DNA of 64,000 bases from assembly GCA_963693365.1 (NCBI GenBank), contig CAVNZM010000012.1, positions 2,914,001-2,978,000 on the forward strand, written 5' to 3'. The notes beneath the pieces are model-generated. The model worked only from the letters and a program-made list of their open reading frames with translations. It was not told where the DNA came from and made no database searches. A program made the translations under genes and the position numbers. Source of the stretch: Amoebidium appalachense (Eukaryota > Protista > Ichthyosporea). Of the stretch, positions 1 to 46,856 are shown in pieces (within the stretch, counting starts at the first letter, position 1; every line of letters begins with the position of its first letter).

Positions 1-1164
1 CTTGCAAGAACGGAAGCGGATGCCCACGCGCAGCACACGAAACATCTCATAGCCCACATCTTCGTTCCTTTTTGCTGTACTACATCTACTTCGTGATGGC
101 TTTATTTGGTCGTATTGCTCCATATGAGTTCTACTCAATAGCAGTATGGTTGTTTATGTCTTCACTATTGTCTGAAAATTACTTTTCAATGACCGCCACT
201 CAGTCGTCCGAGAAAGCTGACCGGACTCAACATGGGACTACTCGAGCACGTACCTGATTTCACATCGGCTTAACAGTTATACACAATCTAATCACTCACT
301 CGGTTGCCTTTTCACACAAGTGGGCTATGTGGTGAAAAGAAATTGCCTGGAGGTGAAATGTGAAGGAGTCCCAGCCAGCACCCACATTACAGAGTACCGA
401 GGCTCCACAATGTCAATATTTGTGGAACTTGCTACCTAATCAGTTGAACACGAATCACAAACTTGCTCACAACTGGCACACCCTTGATCGTGTCACAAAC
501 GTACTGGTGTTCTGCCCGCATATGTAGCCAATGTCACATCAGTCTATCAGCAGTGCATCAAGCGCACAAGCCAAGGTTGGCTCGCAGGCGTACCAATTTT
601 GTGTTGATGGACGGTGTTTCGGGTTTGCCTGGGTGCCCGGGAATAGATCTCGCCATTTCAGGATACGTGACTCTAACCGAATCAAAGCACGCTTCAAGAT
701 AGACTATGATTGTAAACCAATGAAATGTGCTCAACCAAAAGCCCTGTCCGGGAAAAAGTCACATTGAATCTCTGAAGACTCCGCTGTGCATGTGTATTTA
801 TCTTTCGTCACTACACTTTTGTGCCTTATTCCTGTGTCTGTTTATTCACAATACAAGATTTGTTTAGACAACCAAATGAACCTATGTAATTGTTCTTGTG
901 CTCGCTTCTACCGCTCATCGATCTGCAGCACAAGCTGCACAACGGTTACAGAGCACATTCAGATCTGCCCACTGGGCCCTTGCAAAAATATTCCGAATAT
1001 CTTTTGATATTCAGGGGCCAATACGAGTAAACATCTTTGCCTCGAGTAAACAGCATAAACCCGAATTCGATATATGATATATCTCGTGATATTCAGGGGT
1101 TAGGCAGGATATATCGAATGATATTCGGCGGTCATTGGAACATTAACGCCCGGTTTTTCTCGCT

Positions 1165-1880
1165 CTCGGGGTCTTCTGCAGGGGTCCCTCGATCCTGAGT
1201 CCGTTGTTGTTTGACGTTTTCATCGACGATTTAGCCTGCGCCCTCGAACCTTTTGGCCAACTGCATACCCGCCGTGTACCGGGTCTCCTTTTTGCGGACG
1301 ATATTGTTCTTTGTTCCTTAACCGAAGACGTCATGCACCAGATGCTTCGTCAGTTGGATCAATGGTGCACCGCGAGAATCTGTCGGAATTGCAAAGTGTG
1401 CTACTTTTTCGAAAAACGCTTCCTTTCGATTGGCCGGTCTTCCTATTCCTGTTCAGAGCACCTATGACTATTTGGGCATTCCTTTTACTGCACGGGGTAT
1501 TGATTTCTGCAAGCTCCTCACGGCACGGATCGCTCGTGCGAAGGGTAAGCTTCACATCGTGTCAAATATGTTTCAACGGGAGTCTGTGATCCATCCTGCG
1601 AACCTTCTTCTCTACTATAAAACTTTTTTACGGCTGACTTTCGAATATGGACTTCCGCTATTAGCCTGCGCCCCACCTCGCGAGGCGGCCGTGGCGCTGA
1701 AAGAGTTCGACGATTTTCAGGGTACTCCGCTGCGCACTTTGTTTCGTACTCGGTTAAATTTGTGCCTCCCTTAATCAGTATGTTTGGATTGTCGTCTGCT
1801 GTTTGTCGTATGGAGGAATTGTCTCTTCGTTTTTGTTTTCATTTAGTTAGGATACCTGATGGTCACCCTCTTTATGCTTT
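1165..1880 (+). pseudogene. Decayed non-LTR (LINE-type) reverse transcriptase fragment
   Basis: Frameshifted pieces read GLLQGS..ILSPLLFDVFIDDL, then PGLLFADDIVL (RT catalytic motif), YDYLGIPF and YKTFLRLTFEYG. These are RT core and thumb motifs of non-LTR elements, split over at least 3 frames. Confidence 0.85.
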
Positions 1881-2513
1881 CTCCCCCCCCCTCCCTCCAT
1901 CCCTCTTCCCCCCCGATTCACCAACGCCACTTCTGAATGTCCTCATGAGCCTACCCTCTTTCAACCTGATTCTTCCCCTCGCTATCTCACTCCCTTTTTC
2001 TTTTCTCTTCCTGTTTTTTCTGCCTTTTTCGAGTTATTACCATACGCAGTATAAGTTTCTTTCTCGTTCTGATAATCAAAGGTAAACCTCAGTCGGCATG
2101 TGTTATGTTCCTTAGGCAACACCATACTGGTCATTATCGCTTTTTGAAAGCTTTGGCAGGATACATTTCTCCTGCTGTACGTATGGATACCACCCTAGTA
2201 GATAAGTCTGTATGGTGCTCTGATGTTGATATTGACATTTCGAAACAAAATATGTTATGGTAAAACATGTCTATTGTACGCTTTCAAATATGTCAATATC
2301 AATTGAGAAGAAACAATATCGACCATTGCACACATATTCCTACTTTTTTTATTGTACTTTATTATGGATGACGAGCAAATATTGAAACAATCGATGAGTG
2401 TGCACACCAGTGACACTGCACACATAATCTTTGGCGGGAATTTTTCTGGGACGCAAAAGCACATGTCACAGTATGTACAGTAATACGTACATGTGACAGC
2501 AGCTGGACATCAT

Positions 2514-3117
2514 ACTGTTACATGCACACCACACACATGTGCATATACACAAGCATATAAACTCTGCACTGTTACATGCACACCACACACATGTGCATAT
2601 ACACAAGCATATATATAAACTGATGCACTGTTACATGCACACCACACACATGTGCATATACACAAGCATATATATAAACTGATGCACTGTTACATGCACA
2701 CCTGACACATGTGCATATACACAAGCATATATATAAACTGCTGCACTGTTACATGCACACCACACACATGTGCATATACACAAGCATATATATAAACTGA
2801 TGCACTGTTACATGCACACCACACACATGTGCATATACACAAGCATATATAGAAACCTGGGGCACTGTTACATGCACACCACACACATGTGCATGTAGTA
2901 CACAAGCATATATATAAACTGATGCACTGTTACGGCACACCACACACATGTGCATATACACAAGCATATATATAAACTGCCATGATGCACTGTTACATGC
3001 ACACCACACACATGTGCATATACACAAGCATATATATAAACTGGCACTGTTACATGCACACCACACACATGTGCATATACACAAGCATATATAAACTGAT
3101 GCACTGTTACATGCACA
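2514..3117. repeat. ~59-bp minisatellite, ~10 copies
   Basis: Unit gcactgttacatgcacaccacacacatgtgcatatacacaagcatatatataaactgat repeated head-to-tail with small variants. Confidence 0.95.
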
Positions 3118-3524
3118 GTGTATCAAACACGTGCACGTCATAATAATATGATGATACACACATCACCGGTACCACTAGTGCACTCCCATGGCTCCACTTG
3201 CCACAAGCATATACATGCTTGCCCACTCCCAAACACATCACAATTGGGCCATGCGGCGATGCCAAGCTTAAGGAGTTTAAATCATGCACACGAGCGTGCC
3301 CACATGGCAAACACACACACAAACACACGCACACGGGCACACACATGCACACACACGCGTGCGCACACACACGCACGTGCACACGCACGCACACACACTC
3401 GCACACGCATACACGCACACACACACACACGAACACACGCACACTGTGTGACACGTACACACACACACTAACACTCACACACACACACACACACGAATGC
3501 ACACGCACACACACACGCATACAT

Positions 3525-3571
<47 letters not shown>

Positions 3572-4219
3572 CGTGTGCACACACGTACGTAGTATTAATA
3601 TATGTAGACCGCGCGCAGCCTGCCGCCGACACTCACACCTGGTCCACCAACAAACAAAGCACAAAGACACAAAGGCACTGCCACATGTACGTACACTGCT
3701 TGCACACAGGCACCCACCCAACAACCTATCTACCTGCACCACATGTACACACCTGCACACCAAGTCTTGAGACGTTCGCTCTGCGACCCCTCCCCCCCCC
3801 CCCCCCCCCCCCCTCCCCCTTCCCCTCCCCCGGGGGCCATCAACACCACAATCCCACCCCCACACGCAATCCAACCCATGATTATATTAGGCATGTAGTA
3901 CATATGCATGTCTGGATGTGGAAGCTTGAACTCAGTGGTGGCTGAATATGGACTGTCCGACCAAGCTCACTTTTTTGTTGGTTCATGATAATATTTTTGA
4001 TTGAAATTTTATTTGTGTATATCTACAGCCACAGTTTACTTCAAGCGAGGGTGGTTCGTGTGGGTGTTCGTAAGCTTTGATATCCGAACATATGCATTTA
4101 CCACAGTAGTGACAAGAGGCAAGTATCACATATATATATCATATCATATGATTATAATGTACACAAGAAAATTTAACATCTAATTCGTTTAGTGTGACCC
4201 CCCTCGTCCCGGCCTCAGC

Positions 4220-4274
<55 letters not shown>

Positions 4275-4560
4275 AAAAAAAAAAAAGCTCACACACGCAC
4301 ATACACATGCAGGCACACACCCCAGACCTGCCTTTCACCACCCATCCAAAGTTTGAAGCAAAAAACCCAAGGCCACTAAATTTAAAAGGTCTCCACACTC
4401 AAGAGAATTTTCTATTCTACACCATCTATAATATGTACTGTACCGTATCTATATGTCACAACGCTTCTGCTCAACAGCATAAACTATTCCGTATGCTTAT
4501 ATGTACAGTAATACCTTACAACATCTCAGTATCCTTGTGTCACAACAAAATTACGCAAGG

Positions 4561-6444
4561 TTATTGAATAGTCTCGTATCCCCTCCTTTGAGCGAATGAC
4601 TTTTGCACCAAGAACACAGCCAAAGCCCCCACCATCGAGCCCAACAAGGCAAGCAAAAACCTCAATGTGGTTTCATTTAACCCCCTACCCTCCACTCCCG
4701 GCCCCCTGCTCTCCGTTCCGGCACCACACACACTTGCACACGAGGTGTTGAATTCTTGGTTTAGCCAGTTGTTGGGATATGGAATGACTTTGCCTAATTC
4801 CGGAATGTTATCATACCCGTCATTATATTTCACCAGTAACCACGTGAGAAGCTCCCACCACGTGTTTTTGGCGATGCGTGCTGCATTGGCTGTGACATTC
4901 GTTAGGTACTCGAGCGCTTCCTCCTGATTGGTTGACACGAGACGTTGGAATTCCGCGACAACTTTTTGGTGATCGGAAATGAATCGTGATTCAAGCTCGT
5001 TCTGTTTCTGGTGCACATACGGCACCATAAGTTTATAGTAGGGGTTAATAAAATTCGAGAGAAAATCATACACCCACCACGCCACATCGAGCGAAAATTC
5101 CTTGAGATGACCCTTGTGGTATGAGGTAGGGGTGGCGGAAATTCCGGCGTAGAAAGGAACAAAAATCGAGGAGTGGGCGGCATCTGCAGCAAACCACGCC
5201 ACAGCACCGACAGAAGGGAGCAAATTCCCATTGACCTGAAGAACGTGGGCATATGTTGCATACGGGATGCTGATTGGTCGCTCGGCCTGCGGATACCCGC
5301 GTGCGATTGGCTGGCGGAAGGTGGACCCAAAGGGCCCTGCATATGGTCCTGTGGTCATGTCAAATGGAGTACCTTCGTATTGGTCTCTCTTAACACGTAT
5401 GAGTGCTTGTAGAGTTACCGGGGTGGCTGGTTTTACCGAAAATGGAAGGTCCCAATCGTGGGCAGGGTTTGGATCTAGCGGAATTTCAGGGGCTAGAAGG
5501 TTAAACACGCGCCACACGCGGCGTGCAGTGGTTGCCGTTGTTTGCTGTGGGGGCGCGAAGGCTTTTGTAAAATGGAACGCTCCCTCATTCGGATTCCAAT
5601 AGCCAAGTGACTGTGCCAACTCAAGAACGTTAGGGGAGGCCTTAAAAAAGTCCGGGTCGGAGAGGTTAAGGTGGCCGATGGTGAAATAATTCGCAATCGC
5701 GCTGACGTGATCGTCCGGAACACGCTGTGCCACCCATACCGCACTACGACCATCCGGTGTTCCTACAATATGGAACACCCACGCCTCATTTCCATCCACA
5801 ATAGTTAAAGATTCACCCCCTGCACCCAATGGGTCGTAGTAACCGTGTGCCGTGGCGAGAGAACCTATTAGGTCGATCGCACAGCGCGCCGTTTTGCACC
5901 GCTCCAACGCAATGCGGCTCAACTCGGCAATAGGGAAAAGTGCGTCGGATTCGGGCCCTACAAGAATACGCGCCACACATGTGCTTTCACCCATCGCCAG
6001 ACCGTGCTCGTTCATTACCCCATAGACACCGTCAAAGTATGCAAACGTTTCAGTCACCTGAGGGACAAAGCCCCGCGGCGTGGTAGTGTTAGTTACTCCG
6101 GGTGCAGGGACATATTCGGGACCACGCTCATACCCAGCGTAGCGGGGATACTTCAGGATGTCGGCAATGACAGCTCGGTTCACCCCTGGGTTGTAGCGTT
6201 TGCCAGGGACCCTCACAAAACGGAAATCGCAAAACGGGCAGTCGTTTGTGTGGCTTGTGAGGGTTGAGCCGTCCGCTGTGGCCAGCCGGCCGACAATCGT
6301 AGCTGTACAATGACTCTCTGGAGGTACCCTCTCGAGTACTGTTTCACGGGGCAAAACTTGCACACCCCGACCGGGGTTTATTGTGTCTGGAATAGCGGCG
6401 GAAACTGCGGCTACAGCCGCCAAAAACAAATGCAACCTCACCAT
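4561..6444 (-). CDS. Peptidase family C69 (dipeptidase/secernin-like Ntn hydrolase), single-pass membrane protein, intronless, ~627 aa
   Basis: ATG at 6444 gives signal peptide MVRLHLFLAAVAAVSA. Nucleophile motif CTATIVG..ATADGSTL..HTND; C69-type motifs MNEHGLAMGESTC, ELSRIALERCKTARCAI, GESLTIVDGNEAW, WVAQRVPDDHV..IAN. C-terminal TM helix and tail RRGYETIQ. Confidence 0.9.
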   Translation of the reverse strand: MVRLHLFLAAVAAVSAAIPDTINPGRGVQVLPRETVLERVPPESHCTATIVGRLATADGSTLTSHTNDCPFCDFRFVRVPGKRYNPGVNRAVIADILKYPRYAGYERGPEYVPAPGVTNTTTPRGFVPQVTETFAYFDGVYGVMNEHGLAMGESTCVARILVGPESDALFPIAELSRIALERCKTARCAIDLIGSLATAHGYYDPLGAGGESLTIVDGNEAWVFHIVGTPDGRSAVWVAQRVPDDHVSAIANYFTIGHLNLSDPDFFKASPNVLELAQSLGYWNPNEGAFHFTKAFAPPQQTTATTARRVWRVFNLLAPEIPLDPNPAHDWDLPFSVKPATPVTLQALIRVKRDQYEGTPFDMTTGPYAGPFGSTFRQPIARGYPQAERPISIPYATYAHVLQVNGNLLPSVGAVAWFAADAAHSSIFVPFYAGISATPTSYHKGHLKEFSLDVAWWVYDFLSNFINPYYKLMVPYVHQKQNELESRFISDHQKVVAEFQRLVSTNQEEALEYLTNVTANAARIAKNTWWELLTWLLVKYNDGYDNIPELGKVIPYPNNWLNQEFNTSCASVCGAGTESRGPGVEGRGLNETTLRFLLALLGSMVGALAVFLVQKSFAQRRGYETIQ

Positions 6445-6502
6445 GTTGCAAATGTGATGCCGTAAAAAATGTACGGCCTGAGTCTGCTGGTGCCGAGAGC
6501 TC

Positions 6503-6514
6503 CTCTTTATATAG
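6503..6514 (-). promoter_or_regulatory. TATA box of the C69 gene, with nearby CCAAT boxes
   Basis: ctatataaagag on the - strand ~60 nt upstream of the ATG. CCAAT/ATTGG motifs near 6544, 6592 and 6684. Confidence 0.6.
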
Positions 6515-7519
6515 CCGGTGGATCTATGTGCCGTTGTAGGCAGCCAATCACATTCTGTATTTCTTAGTCGCACATTCCTTTGATCTACCAGCCAATAAGT
6601 TAAAGTAAATATCACGCAGTGCTTTGTGGAGTTTTGTGCAATGCGCTGCACGAACCATTTATGTGCAAGATTGCCAGCCTATGATTGGTTGTCAGAAGCC
6701 ATTAAGACGAACATTGGATGACGAATTCAGCGCTCTGGCGCAAGCAAAACCGTTCAGCTGCAAAAGCCCCACACAGCTGCCCCACACCGGCATCACATGA
6801 ATGATCATGAAGCTACACCACTCCTACACTTCATTATAGAACGACACATGACTGCACACATTTCAACTATTTCTGTGTTGCTCTGTTGATAGCACATACT
6901 AGTGCACACTAGGCACGCAGCCACATATTAGATTCCTGCTACTGTGGCACACTGCGGGCGCCCGGCCACGTCACTGCAATACATTTTTGTGTATGGCATA
7001 CCATGATTTGATCAAAGACATCGAACATTGTTAAGTTACTGCAGCTGCTAAACCGTATTTATTCCTTACTTGGTATGTCACAGTGTTTTTGTGCAAGAAC
7101 CTCATACACACATCCATTTACACCATACAAGCAACGGCAATATATACGAGCCCTGTACAAACAACCACCTATATCATAGCCTATAGTACGGCCTACATTT
7201 ACCATCATCACGAACCAGCTTGCGCGAATTCAGCCTACACAAAACAGCCAGCTACACAACACACAGTGTCACACATGCGCAGACTCGTGCTCATTCTTGC
7301 ATACATCATCCCGAAAGCTCTCAACTACAATCTTTTGCGTCCCCCCCCCCCCCCCCCCCCCCCCCCAAATAAACATAACGGAACAGACATTCTTGGGCCG
7401 ATCGAGGGGGATACATACATCGACAGTGAGCGTAACTATTTGGAATCTAGGAACCCCCTTCCCCCTCCACCACGTGCCTCCCTTTAGATAAGAAACAAGC
7501 CACCAATCGCAACCATCTG

Positions 7520-7585
<66 letters not shown>

Positions 7586-7710
7586 GAACCTGACACCTGA
7601 CCAGCTAACGGTTAGCCGCCAAAAAAGACAGCAAAAACCGAACGAATGGATAACACAATTCTTGCAAACAGGCCAGGAGACATGGAGGCAACCACTGCTC
7701 TATCTAATGC

Positions 7711-29253
<21,543 letters not shown>

Positions 29254-30358
29254 TCTTCCCACCGTGAACCTACTGGCATCTGGCCAGCAAACTTACTACT
29301 GTTATCACATAGGTAATGCGCCGATGTATCTCTGGAACCTTTAGTTTTTATGGTTTAATATATCCGAGCCTGAAAAGCTGTCGTCTGTGGCGTGATGAGA
29401 CACGGGCAGCTGGCTTCTGCCAACCCAATGTGATCTGTGGGGTATGTAGAGGTCACACAGTTCAGGCACTTAAAAAACTAGAGAAAACGTAGTGTGGCCA
29501 TAATAATTAATGTATTCTATACTCTACTGTGAATTTCGGGGTTGGATCTTAGAGAAGTAGAACCTTATAGCACGCAACCATGCTTTGCACTTGTGAAGTA
29601 GCACATCTGTCTGTTACTGCAGCATGAACGACGTGAACCCAACCGGGGCATAGATGAGCCGTTTCAGGAGATAATAAGAAAACTAACTCTCTTATGCACC
29701 AACGACAGTATGTAAAAACCTCACTGTAAACGTCTAAAATCCAGACTAGACGTCAGTAGTTAGATTTACCTTAAACCTTCAAGTGAATGGGAGAAAAACA
29801 ATCAACTACAACGCGAAAACAGAGAGATTTCGAAAAGTTCGAAAACAAAGGCGGCTCTCTGCAGCTCATATGAGATCCTCGCACCCTGACCAGCGGGGCT
29901 CAGGCAGCGCTGCAAACTACCTTCCATATATGTCTAACTACCTGCCATATCGGAAGCAATCTCTCAGATTCCCAAAGCATAGATCTCTGGATGCCATATA
30001 CCAACCATGTGATTAGGAAAAAAAATTTGGTTTATGCTAGAAGTGCGTATACTGGTTATTTACATATAAGATTAAGTGAAGTGTCCAGAGCCAAAATTAT
30101 TACTGGTAAACTTTGTTTCCACGGCCGTAACATGACTGTGAGACCGGCTATCGATGGCGATATTTGACACCCTGTAGATCTTCCTATTTTAGGTCAGCCA
30201 ATCACTACCATCGGCAAGATCTGCACATATCTTGTTTTCTTCATCACAAAAAAACAAAGCCAAAAAAAAAACCAGAAGGCGTGGAGGAGACTTTGCAAAA
30301 CGTCTATTTTTTCGGTGAGGAAGATCTACCTATCTCGCAGACATTCTAAACTAGAAAC

Positions 30359-35056
<4,698 letters not shown>

Positions 35057-35115
35057 GCATACAAATTGCTGGTGTTCGACGTAATGTGATTTACAGTTGT
35101 TTTGTGAGGCCTTGG

Positions 35116-35480
35116 AGATGTTTTATCATACATTTTGTTTCGAATATAATAAGTATATCGCCGACCTGCCTAATCTGATAAAATCGCGAAAAAGATATTC
35201 GAAATCGATATACTTTCGAATATCGTTCATATGAAAGGGTCAAAAGATATTCGACGGTAGTTACAGTATAGTATATCTTTCGGTAAGATCGCATTTGATT
35301 GTACGCGAACGCATTGATTGCGCACCATGGTCGGGTCGGCTGTTCGTGCGATCCTGCAATATACTTATTATATACTAAACAAAAAGTGGTACGGTAAAAT
35401 CGACATCAAATAGTATATGATAAGTATATCGAGATATATTTTTTATATTCGAAACAAAATGTGTTATGGTAAAAGATGTC
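35116..35480. mobile_element. MITE-like non-autonomous element with ~35-bp imperfect terminal inverted repeats
   Basis: Left gatgttttatcatacattttgtttcgaatataa vs right ttatattcgaaacaaaatgtgttatggtaaaagatgtc. AT-rich interior with many gatatcg/cgaatatc motifs. The right terminus recurs at 2238-2275. Confidence 0.65.
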
Positions 35481-36490
35481 AAGATGTCTATTATCGTCAG
35501 TTCGAATAGAAACACAGAAACATACTGTCAGGCACTGTTATCCTTGTTATTATCCAAACGTTCCAGATATATCCACGAGATATTTTGAAAAATCTACTAG
35601 TCATCTGACTTAAAGTTCACCTGCAGCCTCAGGCAGGCACGTGAATAAATACACTGAAATACCATATTACGAAAAGATTTTTTGGGTTTTTTCTTGACGC
35701 GTGCTCGAATTTGCTGATTCACCGGATATAACCGGCGAGTTTTTGGTGATGTACTTCGAAGTTGGGATTTGATACATTGTGATGCATGTGCTTGTCTGGC
35801 GGGGTTGGCTGGTGACATTCTGTCATTTTTCACACACACACACACACACACACACATATGATAGTAGAAAAAGGAAGACTTCTCTGTTTTCCAAGGTCCC
35901 TTGATACACGGGTTTTTGTGGTGGTGGTTGTGGTGCGGTGTATATTCGTGTGTGTGTGCTGCTCAAATGTACACACTTTTGTGTATGTGGTGATGGTGTG
36001 AATACACGTGGTACTGGCATGAGGTACGGGCATGCTCTATTTAAAAGCTTGCACGGCATACATAGTGTGTGTGCATGGGTACAGGCTCTTGTGTGTATGA
36101 CTGAATGCAGCTGTCAGACTGTGCGCCTTTCAATGATCTTCACACGCTGTTGGGTGTGGGTGTCACGCACATATGTGTGTATGACTGCTTTGAGTAGAGC
36201 GGGAGGGGCATTTACGGGTACTGCATTTAGCCTTAGAGCTCGAGCCCATACCAGGTTTATCCCGTCTATCAATATATCCCACCGAAATGATTGCGCAAAC
36301 GCGGCTCACACAGGCCGCCTACAACTGAGGCTGCCAGAAACTCTGCCAGTCATGATCAGCTGCAGAGCGCGCTCCTTGTGGTGGGTAAAGGCAGAGTATC
36401 ATACACTGAAACTCAGGTGGGTAGAGCAATTAGTAATGGGTGTAGGGCAGTAGCGGTTGGGCCTTCGGGCCTGCTTGTTTTAGCGCCAAG

Positions 36491-43437
<6,947 letters not shown>

Positions 43438-44440
43438 TTGGCTGTCCACAACCCTTGAATTTAATTGGTCCAGAGTTGCAAGATTCCGCTATTTTACGAT
43501 AGGCTCTCTTTAACGCAGTTTATCTAGTTTAATTTAAAGTTAAAAGTAACGGCATCTAGGTTTTGAAATGGGACCAGAACCGAAGATGTTGTTGTATGAT
43601 GAATAGCCAGTAGATGCCTGGTCTTGAGATAGGCGATGCATGAATGACCATAAAAAGGCTCTAGTGATTCCCTGCTCGGTTTATAACGCACGTACAGTTC
43701 ACCATAATGGGCGATTGTATGTAGTACTACGTTAGCGACCATTAATAAAACGATACCAGTTTGAATAAATTTTAAGCCAGCTGGTGGTCAACATATAACA
43801 ATTGACACTCAGAGTCTGTGTTTGAAGCTCCCATGACCATATATGCGCACGTGCTTGACGTCGCACCATCACACATGGCATAATAAGCATTTGATTGTGA
43901 CCCACACACGCGCGTACATGTTGTACACAACAACTGACACTCGCCGGAGCGCACGCGGACTGTGGGCATACAACTACACGCACGATCATGTGACCGTTGC
44001 ACACACCCAGTACCTTTCATTCTAATATGCATATTAGATCTCGAGCTCTCTGTACCCCCGGCCAACCCCCTCCCCCCTCCCCCCCTTCTCTATGAGCTTG
44101 AGCTTTCGAATTCCCTGGCTCTCCCTCTCCATCTCCCTTCCCCAGATCTCTGCCTCCCTCTCCCCCTCTCCCTCCCCTTCCCGCCCACCCCCTCCCCTCC
44201 TCCTCCGGATCCTCCATCTCTTTCTCATATATCTCCCCCATTTCTTGTCATCCTCCTTGCTTCCTCGAGCTCCCGGCCCCGCAGGTCCTCATGGCGGCGC
44301 TGTTTGTTTCCTAATACCCTTCCCCCGTTTACAGCCCCCGCAATTATTATTCTCCCAGTCCGGCCTTCCCGATTTCAAACTTTCCAAGAGCTCTCTTGCC
44401 CCCCCTCTCCACATCCCCGCTCAATTCATCCCCCGGTATA

Positions 44441-44640
44441 CGTAGGGCTACCTCGTAGCTGCCGTCTGAGGTCTGACCACAGACTGACAAGAGTGTATGT
44501 ACCGTAGGGCTACCTTTCGTAAAAACGGTTTTTTGCAGTTTCCTTATATGGCTAATCGGATCGAACCGGATTCGATCTGGACCAATCATAAATACCCCTT
44601 GGCAGAGTTTCTCGTTACGACACGTAGGGCTACCTTTCCC
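44441..44640 (+). repeat. Dispersed repeat with three cgtagggctacct motifs
   Basis: Motif at 44441, 44503 and 44623; the segment 44503-44580 recurs inverted at 15244-15321. Confidence 0.7.
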
Positions 44641-45641
44641 GTACACATACCATGGCATGTCAGTAGTACTGCCTCTCCCGTATGCGCACGCATGCCATGC
44701 AACAACATATCATCCATGGGGTGCATCGGTGCGAGCGCATCGGTACCCACACCATGCATGTCATCATGGGTGACCTGCAGACACAGACGTTCACAAACTT
44801 AGAAGTGTACTTCATCATTTTGACGTATTGCCATATGTTTTGCTGTGTTGGAGAGTATGTAAATTTCAAATGATGCCATATATGTGCTTGACCAGCAGAA
44901 TTTTCATCTCCCTCGGCCCTTCGTACATGTGAGTGTCTTCCGGGAGTCATCAAGGCGTCCGCGCGCACGCGGCCGGCAGCCGGCCCACATCATGATCTTG
45001 AAAGCATGCAGGTTTGTAGGAATCCATCCAATCGCCCTACACTGAATTAATCATTGGTCTTTGTCCAACCAATCAATGATAGAAACAGTTTCCTGGTCAT
45101 CATGTCAGTACGTAGGTGACTACGCGTCAGGCTCACGTGCCACACACCCGCACGCAGCGTACAATGTGGCAACTGTATAATGATACATAAATCATCAACA
45201 TAAATACAAAACACACTTTTTCTTTATTTTTTAACTTCCCAAATAGTGCAATTAATGGGAATATCACACACGGAAACCGGTTTACGTAGCTATGTACTGT
45301 ACATATATTTCACTACATATTATGTATCATCATGATACTGAGGCTTCATTGCTCAACACGACAGCCACGAACGTTTATTAGCCATAACATTTAGAACTGT
45401 TAACTTCGAACTATATTATCCCCCAACGATATCACCTTCTCATTACCTCTATAACGTATGGTAACTTTCGCGATAAGAAAAAAGTGCGGGCATGACAATA
45501 AAAGCTGAAAGCTGAGAGTCTCGGGCTCAGTAACCTTCAGTACAGAGTTCTAGCAACTTCGGGTCATCAATCGGCTCTTGTATACAACTTATAGCCCGTA
45601 GTAAAGTCGCCTGCCAAGCTGTATTAGGCTGGCCTTGAAGA

Positions 45642-45986
45642 ATGTATCGTCACCTGCTAGCGTCCTTGGCGGTTCTTACATCCTTTACCCGCCATCCACG
45701 GGCAAGCCAGACTAGTGCCCCACCGGTGCTTACTACAGTGAACGTGCCGAGAGAAGACTTGCACTGCGAGAATGCAAAGTGAGTGGGTGGCCATGGGAGA
45801 ATGGGACACAGTGAGAATGGGGGAAGGGGGCACAGTCAGTACACTGTGGCAGGGGGAACAGAGGGGTGGGGCGCCGTGGGTAAGAGCCGGGAAGAAGGGG
45901 CGGGGGGGGGGGGGGGGGGAGGGGGGGGGGGGGGGGGGGGGTGAGAAGGGGGGGGGGGAGGGGGGGGATTCGAAGGTGGGGGAGAA

Positions 45987-46017
<31 letters not shown>

Positions 46018-46489
46018 CGGAGGAGAGGAGGCATCGATGGGTACTTTGGAAACCTGGAAACCAAATCAAAGATCACATCTATCGTACTATGGGCCGGGGA
46101 TCGTTGTGGGCCGGATCATGAGTAAGAGGCACAGGGAATAAATAGCTGAGGAAAAAGGCTCTGTTGAATGGTGATGCTGGTAGGACAGTATGTCACGCGT
46201 GTAGGTGGGTGTGAGGGGTAGATCTAGACTCTTCAGATAAACCTCGAATCTCAGGTAAAAACAATTGAAAGTGGGTGAATATTCGTATGCACAAACACTG
46301 TCATACTGATAAGTGCGAGCCCACACAACACTGTGTTATTATTGAACGTACCACCCACAAAACACATGTCCTCAACTCTGCTCTTTTCTTCTGCAGGTAC
46401 GATTTTGCCTTCGTGCTGGACAGCTCATCGTCCATTGGATACTCCCCGTGTGTGGGCCTGAGCTGCTGGAACCAAGGTATTGGCCATGG

Positions 46490-46566
<77 letters not shown>

Positions 46567-46820
46567 TGCGTGTGGGTTTGCGGGGTAAGGCATCGGAGAA
46601 GGACGGGAAGGGAGGGACAACGGAGAGGGGGGGGGGAGGGGGAGGGGGGCGGTGGTTTGTTTTTGTTCTTTGTGTGTTGGGGGGGGGAGGGGGGGGGAGG
46701 GGGGAAATTCTCCATTTTTGGGTTTACATACGACTATGTGTGCTTTACACGTGGGCTGTGCATGTGCTTCCCTCCCCCCCCCCCCCCCCCCCTCCGGGAC
46801 CCCCTCGCCCCCTCCCCCCT

Positions 46821-46856
<36 letters not shown>

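Noticed and set aside
72-1007. Short ORFs at the window start
   Set aside because: No recognisable motif or consistent splice chain, so they cannot be supported.
6445-6651. 69-aa N-terminal extension of the C69 ORF
   Set aside because: It starts at a non-ATG codon and spans the TATA/CCAAT promoter; the ATG at 6444 begins a clean signal peptide.
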